A stretch of DNA of 31,821 bases from Candidatus Thorarchaeota archaeon (GTDB lineage: Archaea; Asgardarchaeota; Thorarchaeia; Thorarchaeales; Thorarchaeaceae): assembly GCA_016840855.1 (NCBI GenBank), contig JAEORO010000023.1, positions 1 to 31,821 of the forward strand, read 5' to 3'. Shown piece by piece: positions 1 to 7,828 of this stretch (the stretch's first letter is position 1; each line of letters starts with the position of its first letter). The notes under the pieces were generated by a model. That model saw only the letters and a program-made list of their open reading frames with translations. It was not told the DNA's origin and searched no databases. The position numbers were made by a program, and so were the translations under genes.

Positions 1-2
1 GA

Positions 3-119
3 GCCAAGTTAAAAAATGTCTGGTCTAGTCAAATTGCAGCAGAATCCCATAACCGACGGATTTCCTACGAAATTTTGGAGACAATATCGAATAATGCAGT
101 CTCTCATTTTTCGAAATAA
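3..119 (+). CDS. Possible 3' end of an upstream gene (partial, unknown product)
   Basis: Frame 3 is open from the window edge (AKLKNVWSSQIAAESHNRRISYEILETISNNAVSHFSK) to TAA at 117-119, followed by a T-rich tract. Confidence 0.35.
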   Translation, partial: AKLKNVWSSQIAAESHNRRISYEILETISNNAVSHFSK

Positions 120-294
120 TACTCAGAAGGTTTTTACTAGATTGTTTTTAATGTAGTATGTGAGTAATACATTCTATACGTCGGGACGCACTCGTATAAT
201 GAGAAAATTACAAACCGTTAAATACGAGGCTGGATAAATAAGATGGAAGTGTGCTCATTTGAGCAAGCCGCCGGATTACAAGTGGGGTGCATAG

Positions 295-846
295 TTGAAG
301 CTAGTAGACCTGGCCAAGGAGTCAGTCAGGGTTCTGAAAGAAAGTGGGGAGACAGGAATTAGGAGCGACGTCTTGGCTGAGAGATTAGACACTCCAAAAC
401 GACGAGTGTATGATGTTATCGCAGTTTTGAAAGCTCTGAACCAAGTTACCACAACTCGTAAGTTCGATGGGACCATTGTCAAGTGGATTGACAAAACAAA
501 GGATTTTATTCCTCGTGAAGCTCATTCAACATTGAAGATACAGCTCGAACAAGAAAGTAACCAACGGAAAGAACTCCAAGTACAAGTTGCGGAGCTAAAA
601 GAACAGGTTAGAATATCTAAAATTAAACTTCGTAGAGAAACTGCAGCAATTGAAACTTCAGACAAGACTGAATTTAACACGACTCAACTTCGCGTTCGTG
701 CTCTCTCAAGTAATGGAATTAAGAGTGTAAAGCATTCTGGTGTAGAAGTAAGAATTGAAACACATGAGGCTGGGATGGTCGTCGATCCGTCCGAGATTGA
801 AGTTGATGAGAAGAAAGCACTCATCACCAAACTTCAGCGTCTTTGA
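295..846 (+). CDS. E2F/DP-family winged-helix DNA-binding protein with coiled coil
   Basis: LAERLDTPKRRVYDVIAVLKALNQV...VKWID matches the E2F/DP recognition helix (RRxYD..NVL) and the following W-I/L motif. A heptad coiled coil follows. TTG start after SD GGGGTG. Confidence 0.8.
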   Translation: MKLVDLAKESVRVLKESGETGIRSDVLAERLDTPKRRVYDVIAVLKALNQVTTTRKFDGTIVKWIDKTKDFIPREAHSTLKIQLEQESNQRKELQVQVAELKEQVRISKIKLRRETAAIETSDKTEFNTTQLRVRALSSNGIKSVKHSGVEVRIETHEAGMVVDPSEIEVDEKKALITKLQRL

Positions 847-850
847 GTTT

Positions 851-1243
851 CTATTGTTCCTGTAATCTTATGATGACCAGACTGCCTCTTCGAACATGAA
901 CTAGCTTATCAAGCTGACTTTCGTCAGATATTATTCTCCCAATCACATTCACTTGACTGAATGTCCGTTTGTCGCCCAAATATATGTCTAAGGAATCACC
1001 TAGGGGTTGGTATGCGATATCTGCTTTCTTGACGTTATTAGTTGGTTTTGCATTTCCTTTGGATATACCCAGAGTGATTTTCATCTCTCCTTGCATGAGT
1101 GCAGTTCTGCCCTCGATGGGAAGTCTAGATTTTATTTCTTCAACAATGAGGGGTGCATATATTCTATTTATGATGCCTTTTAGAATGATATCCCCTTCAA
1201 AAACAAATTCCAACTGAATATCTGTGTCGCTCAGATCGACCAT
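851..1243 (-). CDS. Cyclophilin-like fold protein (DUF369/TM1367-like)
   Basis: 130 aa. The motifs APLIVEEIKSRLPIEG, DIAYQPLGDSLDIYLG and VNVIGRI are typical of the archaeal cyclophilin-like family. Confidence 0.7.
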   Translation of the reverse strand: MVDLSDTDIQLEFVFEGDIILKGIINRIYAPLIVEEIKSRLPIEGRTALMQGEMKITLGISKGNAKPTNNVKKADIAYQPLGDSLDIYLGDKRTFSQVNVIGRIISDESQLDKLVHVRRGSLVIIRLQEQ

Positions 1244-1326
1244 ATAGTTCCATTTACAAATCGTACTAAAATTTCCTGCGCTATGCTTAGCAGCAAAGGC
1301 TTAATTGGACAAGGACCCAGCAGGAC

Positions 1327-2469
1327 TTGGAGTGGATTGGGCTGGCCTCCACCAAACTCGATATTGCATTTGTAGTAGACACAACTGGTTCAATGAAGGA
1401 TGATATTACAGCTGTAAAGGACAGTCTTTTTGAGATTGTAAACCATATTACGAGTCGAACTGAAGGGTTGGAAATACGATTTGGTATTGTTTCCTATCGA
1501 GATCATCCTCCACAGGATCGAACATATGTAACACGTGTTTTTGATTTCAGTGAAAAAATAAGACGCGTGCACAAATTAATCTCTGAATTAAGACCCTCTG
1601 AAGGTGGCGACACCCCTGAAGCTGTTGCTGATGGTCTCTTTGATGCTCGTACAAAGCTCTCATGGGCAAGTGAAGCATACAAAGTCTTACTTCTAGTAGG
1701 TGATGCTCCACCTCATGGGAAACGATACAATAGCATAGGTGATGATTACTTCCCTGATGGATGCCCTATGGGATTTGATCCAATTGACGAAGTCAAGAAG
1801 CTGCGTTTAGATTTTGGGAGTACAGTGTTCATTTTTGTTTGCGGATGCAATCCCTTGGTTGAAGATTCATTTCGGAAAATCGCTACATCTGTTGAAGATG
1901 GGAAATATTATTCTCTTCTTGAAGCTCATGAGCTTCCTGAGGCAATTCTAAAAATACTCGAGGGTGTTAGTGATTTAATCGAGGCTGATCGAAAAGTTCT
2001 CTCATACTACGAGGCAAATGATGGGGCGTTTGATATGGGTGAGGCTGCCTCCGCATTGAACCTTGAGTTACGAGAGTTAAAGACCTCATTGTCACGTCTC
2101 CTTGAGCTTGGCCGAATAGCCCGTTGGCCTAAGGGACGACCATTATCGCCCTCACAAATGGGGTTGACTGTTGCCTTGGGAGAAGTTCCCAATAATATTG
2201 TTGCTGGAAAAGCATTCAATTTCAGTTTAAGAGTTAAGAATCCAAGTTCAACAGTTGTTGGGATTCGAGTGATTGCTTCTTTAGTGACTTCAGATGGTGT
2301 TTCTGAGATAACAAATGAACATCATGACATTAGCCCAAAATCAGATAGAAAGTTGGAGCTGAAATTCGTTCCGATGACCGAAACTAAAGGGAAAGCCAGT
2401 CTAAGAGTTGAAGTTTTCTATGGGTCTCGTTCAGTTGCTACTGAAATCTACACCACCCGTGTCTATTAA
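1327..2469 (+). CDS. vWA domain protein with winged helix and C-terminal Ig-like domain
   Basis: MIDAS variant DTTGS, plus YRDHPPQD, GGDTPEAV and GDAPPHG. An HTH-like segment (MGEAASALNLELRELKTSLSRLLELGRI) and a beta-rich C-terminus follow. The real start may be CTG at 1342. Confidence 0.85.
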   Translation: MEWIGLASTKLDIAFVVDTTGSMKDDITAVKDSLFEIVNHITSRTEGLEIRFGIVSYRDHPPQDRTYVTRVFDFSEKIRRVHKLISELRPSEGGDTPEAVADGLFDARTKLSWASEAYKVLLLVGDAPPHGKRYNSIGDDYFPDGCPMGFDPIDEVKKLRLDFGSTVFIFVCGCNPLVEDSFRKIATSVEDGKYYSLLEAHELPEAILKILEGVSDLIEADRKVLSYYEANDGAFDMGEAASALNLELRELKTSLSRLLELGRIARWPKGRPLSPSQMGLTVALGEVPNNIVAGKAFNFSLRVKNPSSTVVGIRVIASLVTSDGVSEITNEHHDISPKSDRKLELKFVPMTETKGKASLRVEVFYGSRSVATEIYTTRVY

Positions 2470-2482
2470 GGGAGGCTCTTTA

Positions 2483-3628
2483 TTGATCTTACGAGCAAGA
2501 CAGGGGCGACATCAACAAGGCATCTGTTTTGTTTCATCTGATATAATTGGTCAAGCCATTGAAGCATGTAAACTCACTTCAGAATCTTCTTCACTCTACG
2601 CGGATGTCAAGATTTCAGAAAAAGTTCCTGAAGGAATCATCGTCTTGGATACACGTATCTTCGAAATGCTAAACTGCGAAAATGGTGAAGAGATAGATCT
2701 TCATGTCCTAAATATCAAGCTCCCTTATTGTACTGAAATTCATCTTGATGTAATATCCAATAGAGAACTTGAGAATCATACTATCGCTCAAGCAATCTCC
2801 AAGCATATAGATGATTTTAAAGACCATTTTGAAGGGCTAATCCTTAGACAAGGACAGGAATTCTCTCTTACAGAACTAGGAGTGACATTTGTCGTCAGAT
2901 ATTTGGGTCCATCTGAACCGACAACAAATTCTGCGCGAATCAAATGGAAAAATCTTCTCAAAATTCACCTTGGCACAACGAATTTTCAACCAAGCAATCT
3001 CTGTATCATATCAGAAGTTGCTGCTGCTACTCAAATTGCTGACATCAGAATGAGTGTCGATGATGCGGGGGAGAAATTCATAACGCGACATCAAGCGATC
3101 CTAAAAACCCTTGATGCAATTCATGTAAATCTTCCAGAAAACGGCTGCGATATGCAATTTACTGGACTTGCTTTTTCTGATGAAGTAGTTTCTTTCACAA
3201 CCTTCGATTCACAAACTGGTGAGGAAAGCGAAATCTCAACACTATTCTCATCTACTCTTCTTCGCGCATTTGGAAAATGGTTTGATGCTTTACTTGATAA
3301 ATTCTCGAATAGATCTTCAAATCCTGGAGCAGCTCTGAAGTATGGGCTTGACAAAGCTCAAGCATTGAGTGAGATAAATGGTCTGCCAACAATCATTATC
3401 TTTTTTTCATCTGGTGTGTATTCAGCAGGTCAAAATCCTGTGAAGGTAACACGAATCAATCTTGGTGATAAAAACGTCAAATTCCTTACCATCTCCGTTG
3501 GAAAAGATTCCGCAACAGACATTATGGAAGCAATAGCTAAAGAAGGAAAAGGGACAACAATTCATATGCATGATGGCGAGAAGATGAAGTTGATTGTGGA
3601 TACCATCAATAGAATGTTGGTAAATTAG
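2483..3628 (+). CDS. CDC48/p97 N-domain-like + degenerate vWA protein
   Basis: N-terminal double-psi-barrel-like pattern (QGICFVSSD...GIIVLDTRIFEMLNCENGEEIDL). C-terminal vWA fold (GLAFSDEV, NPGAALKYG, IIIFFSSG, MEAIAKEGKG) with no DxSxS. Start moved from 2408 to TTG 2483, which follows SD GGAGG at 2471-2475. Confidence 0.7.
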   Translation: MILRARQGRHQQGICFVSSDIIGQAIEACKLTSESSSLYADVKISEKVPEGIIVLDTRIFEMLNCENGEEIDLHVLNIKLPYCTEIHLDVISNRELENHTIAQAISKHIDDFKDHFEGLILRQGQEFSLTELGVTFVVRYLGPSEPTTNSARIKWKNLLKIHLGTTNFQPSNLCIISEVAAATQIADIRMSVDDAGEKFITRHQAILKTLDAIHVNLPENGCDMQFTGLAFSDEVVSFTTFDSQTGEESEISTLFSSTLLRAFGKWFDALLDKFSNRSSNPGAALKYGLDKAQALSEINGLPTIIIFFSSGVYSAGQNPVKVTRINLGDKNVKFLTISVGKDSATDIMEAIAKEGKGTTIHMHDGEKMKLIVDTINRMLVN

Positions 3629-3630
3629 AG

Positions 3631-4779
3631 GTGAACCCTTTGAGTACTGATATAGCCACACATCTTCAAGCACTTTATCATAGTAGTCAAATCTCTGGGT
3701 ACATACATTCACGGTTGCCTGAAGGGTCTCTAAAGACTGGATGGATTGAACAAGGTCTTGTATCTAAAGCCCTGAAAGGAAATGTACGGGATAAGAACAA
3801 CCAAGAGTCCCTTGTAATACCTTCTGATAGATTCACTAGACTGACAAGAGATCGAAATGAACAAAATGAACTCGCATTATTTATAATCGGTCCAAAAGGA
3901 CTCGAAGCAAGAAAGTTTGTTGCGATGGTCTTTGGAACACGTGGTCACCAATCTCTGATTGCTTTCCAAACTCGCAAAATGACTCTAGATGAAATTATCC
4001 AATTCATTCATCAACATGTAATTAGAGAGAAAGTAGCGAAATCATTTGATGAGCCTAATATAGACTATGTTGAACAACTTAGATTGGATGCTTCTGAGGG
4101 GATTGTGCATGAAATGATGGTTGTCACACTCCCGAAAAAAGACGAGAAAATTACTGATTGGGTGAAAGAGGCACTCCTGAGTCAATCTTCCGAAAATATC
4201 GAAATCCATCATGGTACATCTAATATAATTCCTAAATTTGCATTGTTGATAACTCGATGGCTCACAAGTTTGGAACTCTTCAAGAGATCATCAAACGTAC
4301 TCTCGAGTTTAGTTTTCATGGGTCATGAATCTATGGACACTTGTTTCTGGGATCAAACTCAAAGAATTGCTGCCTTTACAATTTTTAAAAACAACCAGCT
4401 TTATTGGTTGTCACGAAAATACCTCGAGGCTCTTTGGATCGTTCCTGGAGAAAGTATTGAAGCAAAATCTCCATCTCGAGAAGTCACAGTTGAAACGCGT
4501 TCTGTTTCTGTTAGCCCTGCAAAACAGTCGTCCATTGAAGGACATGAAAAATCCATCCCGGTTTCTACAACACAAACAGAGAAAATTCTAGCAAGTCTTT
4601 CCAAACGCATGGATTCACTTGAATCACAACTCAAATCATCTTTGCCAACTGGTGATGCGGTTGAAACCGACCGGGGTACATTAGATGTTTTACAATCTAA
4701 ATTATCTGAAAATATCGATCGAATTGAATCACTTTCAAAGAGGTTGATTGAGCTTGAGAAGAGGTTGAAAAAAATTTGA
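3631..4779 (+). CDS. Hypothetical protein: alpha/beta N-terminal region, S/T/P-rich linker, C-terminal coiled coil
   Basis: 382-aa ORF starting 2 nt after the previous stop. Heptads in LASLSKRMDSLESQL and LSENIDRIESLSKRLIELEKRLKKI. Likely start TTG 3640 after SD GAGGTG. Confidence 0.75.
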   Translation: MNPLSTDIATHLQALYHSSQISGYIHSRLPEGSLKTGWIEQGLVSKALKGNVRDKNNQESLVIPSDRFTRLTRDRNEQNELALFIIGPKGLEARKFVAMVFGTRGHQSLIAFQTRKMTLDEIIQFIHQHVIREKVAKSFDEPNIDYVEQLRLDASEGIVHEMMVVTLPKKDEKITDWVKEALLSQSSENIEIHHGTSNIIPKFALLITRWLTSLELFKRSSNVLSSLVFMGHESMDTCFWDQTQRIAAFTIFKNNQLYWLSRKYLEALWIVPGESIEAKSPSREVTVETRSVSVSPAKQSSIEGHEKSIPVSTTQTEKILASLSKRMDSLESQLKSSLPTGDAVETDRGTLDVLQSKLSENIDRIESLSKRLIELEKRLKKI

Positions 4780-4803
4780 ACTTTAATTGGACGTGTTATA
4801 TCT

Positions 4804-5070
4804 GTGAATGTTGATCAGAATCTGTCAGAGGAGCTTCGTTCACTAATTAAAAAAATTGAAGGTCTCGAAAAGATACGTCTCCAGGCATCCGAGCATAAGA
4901 GCCACTTGGATGAAGATACTGGTGGTCATTGGTCACCATCAGAAATTCTAAAGAGAATAAATGCAATACAGTCTCTTGTCGATCAATTAGAGATAGAGAT
5001 TGATAAACTGGAAATGAGAGTATCTGCAATTGAGCACATGGGATTTAGGCTCAGGACTGAACGTCAGTAG
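4804..5070 (+). CDS. Small two-helix coiled-coil protein
   Basis: 88 aa with heptads (LRSLIKKIEGLEKI; INAIQSLVDQLEIEIDKLEMRVSAIE). Co-oriented, last gene of the 1327-5070 run. Confidence 0.65.
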   Translation: MNVDQNLSEELRSLIKKIEGLEKIRLQASEHKSHLDEDTGGHWSPSEILKRINAIQSLVDQLEIEIDKLEMRVSAIEHMGFRLRTERQ

Positions 5071-7708
5071 TGCTTTGTGTTATATTGTCAATGAGATCAA
5101 GAAGATATCCAGAAAAGACTTGCAGTGAAAATGACTCCATTGGAACAACTCGAGACTTCAATCCTTTCAGCATTCTAAGACTACTTTTCAGGGTTCCACT
5201 TTTTCCTAGAGACAGAATATCAAGCCAATACCTCTCATGGTTTCCTATAGCCCTAAGAAATGAAAGATGTTCCTCATTATATGTTCCTATATCATTACTA
5301 AGAACAAGAGCTAAAGTAGACCTTTCTGTTCCAAAGTCTTCTAAATATTCAGCAATAGACCTGTATGCGCAAGCCATGTTCTCGTTACCATCAACCTCGT
5401 CAACCGCATCAATTATTGAATAAATTAATGAAATGAGAACCTCTTCAGATTGCAGATCCTCGAAGAACTCAACATACGGTTGAATTTCCTTTCCTCTCTG
5501 GATAGAAAACTTCTCTGGTGTTTCTCCAAAGGTCACAAGTGCCAGTCGCCCCTCTGTCTGATTGTGTCTTAGCAAATCTACAATAGAAAGTGCAGCCAAA
5601 GCGGCAATCTGTGATCTCGATACATTTCTTCGCAGTCCATTGAGAAACATCTCAACTTCTGGTATCTTGCTGCTCAGGGAACCAATTTGAGTTCGCACGG
5701 CATGTGGTGTTTTGAGTGATACATCTTTTGTTCTCATCTTAGCTGCTTTTGAGATACAGATAATTACATTGAACTCACGGAACGCTTGATTAGGTCTGAA
5801 GTGTATTCTCTCATTTGATATTCTACCAACCTGTCCAGAGACAAGTTGTGGTTCTGAATTCCTAAGACAAAGGTTAATCCCTTTTTCTTCGCTTCCAACA
5901 CTCAATTGAGTATCTAGCCCAACAAGAACTCCATCAATTGAAGAACGAATCTCATTCTCATGCAGATGAAGATAAGATGAAAGTTCAGCATTGTCTCTAT
6001 TTTGAGGTGATTCATATGAAAACACAGCTTTTGAAATGTCCACAATTTCATCCTCATATTTTACGAGATTCACTATAGAGGAATTACGAAAACCAAAAAG
6101 TGATGCATCTGCTTCTGAAACAACAATAGAACGTTCTCCGCACCTTGGATGCTGTCTGGCTTCACCAGCCGCCCATCTCCCAGTACTCGAGTCCAATGCA
6201 AGAACATAATCTCCAGCTGCTACTTCTAGAGCAGTCATGTCATTATCACACATGAAAAATACACCAGGTTCAGACTTTGCAATTTCAATGCCAAAATGTA
6301 GAGCTGAGAGAATCTCTCTTGGATTATCTACCTGGAGGCATGAAAGCAGGGCTTGGTCATATCTAATCAAATGTGCTGGAGATCCATAGATTGGTCCTTC
6401 CAACTTAGCGTTTGCACGAACGAGTGTATCTAACAAGATACCATCTCGAGTCACAAGACTATCAGAAAATGCTTGTTTCCATCCAGATACCATTATCGAG
6501 CCATTTTTCTCTAGTAAGACTGCGATACTGGTTGCTTTTGGTTTTGATACATCTTTCAGTGTCAGAACTGCACTATCGAAATGAATCTTACCTCCGTCAT
6601 TGCCAACCATGTAGTCGATGGAAACTATTCCAAGTTTTTTTCTTGCCTCCAAAAGTTGGAGAATTCTAGCAAGTTCATTCATAGCTGCTTTTCCAAGACT
6701 CTCTTCCGCCATTACTGATGCATTATTATCCTCGTACGCAAAGTACAACGGTCTTGGTGGTAGAATCGATAGCATGTTGCCTCCTAATACTCTTTGAATT
6801 TCGACCGTTTCTGCCGCCAAATTCCTACTCAGGAGGTAGCTAAATACCTCTGAAACACTATCTCCAAATTGTGTTTCAGGGTACGCTGATGCGAACATGA
6901 GTCTTTTTGACCAATTCATATCGCTCTGACTTTTTCGCATATAGCGTATAATGGTTGACAATGATGATATTGTGGCTCCGGATGTCAGTACCTTACTACC
7001 TGGAACATCTAGAAGGCGTGTAATTTCCTTACCCCAACCTTTGTGGTTTTTAACACTTAAAATCAAGTTTGGTGTTTTAAGACCTGCTTGCTTAAGAAGG
7101 ACTAACCATTCAATGAGTGGATCCAGTTCAGATGGTGGCCCTATTTCAACAAAAACTGGTTTTCCTGTTTTGAGGTAATTTAAGAGATCTTTTCGATTAG
7201 GGCCCTTCAATATCTGTTGGAGGTTTTGAGTTCTTAATACACATCCCCATCCCTCCTCTGTTCGTTGGTCAGCACGCATATCTTGTAGGTGAAGTAATCT
7301 CGGACTATATGGTGGAACTGTCGACCATCGATGGATTGATTCTGCATTTGCTTTTTGTTGCAATGTTGGTAGTAGTGCATCACCAAGACTAATGAGAGGC
7401 TTCACAACAAGATAATCTATTATCCAACTCGTTTGCGAGGTTGCTGTCGGGCCATGATAGAATTCACCAAGCAACTTAGGTCTTCTTAAGTAGTCATAGA
7501 CCCGTCTAGGTAAATACTTGAAAGCCCCTGGATATTGAGATGAGAAATCATAAAGCTGGCTTTCAACCATACTATAATACGAAAATGCTCTGTCTGGATC
7601 AAATGCACGAATGTTTTTTCCAGCTCGAACTATACCAAGATGAAGTGAGCTGTCAACGACCATAAAGCGATGAATCTCATTTGCTTCGATGTCCTCAACA
7701 ACTATCAT
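5051..7708 (-). CDS. Fusion of inactive amidohydrolase-like domain, CDC48 N-domain and degenerate vWA
   Basis: Residues ~1-460 align by eye with the 7829 protein (VVDSSLHLG vs IVDAHHHMG; IQRVLGGNMLS vs IQRVLAGNMLS). Residues ~470-885 align with the 9401 protein (FNVIICISKAAKMRTKDV vs FNAVLCIDTSGSMKTTDV). Confidence 0.8.
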   Translation of the reverse strand: MIVVEDIEANEIHRFMVVDSSLHLGIVRAGKNIRAFDPDRAFSYYSMVESQLYDFSSQYPGAFKYLPRRVYDYLRRPKLLGEFYHGPTATSQTSWIIDYLVVKPLISLGDALLPTLQQKANAESIHRWSTVPPYSPRLLHLQDMRADQRTEEGWGCVLRTQNLQQILKGPNRKDLLNYLKTGKPVFVEIGPPSELDPLIEWLVLLKQAGLKTPNLILSVKNHKGWGKEITRLLDVPGSKVLTSGATISSLSTIIRYMRKSQSDMNWSKRLMFASAYPETQFGDSVSEVFSYLLSRNLAAETVEIQRVLGGNMLSILPPRPLYFAYEDNNASVMAEESLGKAAMNELARILQLLEARKKLGIVSIDYMVGNDGGKIHFDSAVLTLKDVSKPKATSIAVLLEKNGSIMVSGWKQAFSDSLVTRDGILLDTLVRANAKLEGPIYGSPAHLIRYDQALLSCLQVDNPREILSALHFGIEIAKSEPGVFFMCDNDMTALEVAAGDYVLALDSSTGRWAAGEARQHPRCGERSIVVSEADASLFGFRNSSIVNLVKYEDEIVDISKAVFSYESPQNRDNAELSSYLHLHENEIRSSIDGVLVGLDTQLSVGSEEKGINLCLRNSEPQLVSGQVGRISNERIHFRPNQAFREFNVIICISKAAKMRTKDVSLKTPHAVRTQIGSLSSKIPEVEMFLNGLRRNVSRSQIAALAALSIVDLLRHNQTEGRLALVTFGETPEKFSIQRGKEIQPYVEFFEDLQSEEVLISLIYSIIDAVDEVDGNENMACAYRSIAEYLEDFGTERSTLALVLSNDIGTYNEEHLSFLRAIGNHERYWLDILSLGKSGTLKSSLRMLKGLKSRVVPMESFSLQVFSGYLLDLIDNITQSTTDVQS

Positions 7709-7828
7709 TCCTTGGGTCTCCAGTCTTACCTATCAAACTGTCCACAGAAGTCGATATATGCATAGTGCCTATTTCTATCAAGCTATAATATAGGGATGAA
7801 GCAATGATTTATCACTTATACATAAGTA
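7709..7828. promoter_or_regulatory. Divergent promoter region
   Basis: 120-bp AT-rich gap between head-to-head genes, with TATA-like stretches (tatatg, ctataata, tttatc, ttatac). Confidence 0.4.

Noticed and set aside
2408-2482. ORF-track N-terminal extension of the 406-aa protein
   Set aside because: It overlaps the upstream gene by 62 nt. SD GGAGG with TTG 2483 gives a better start at the domain boundary.
7490-7510. RRVYD motif inside the 885-aa protein, identical to the E2F-like motif
   Set aside because: It lies in a variable insert of the amidohydrolase-like barrel with no winged-helix context, so it is most likely chance.
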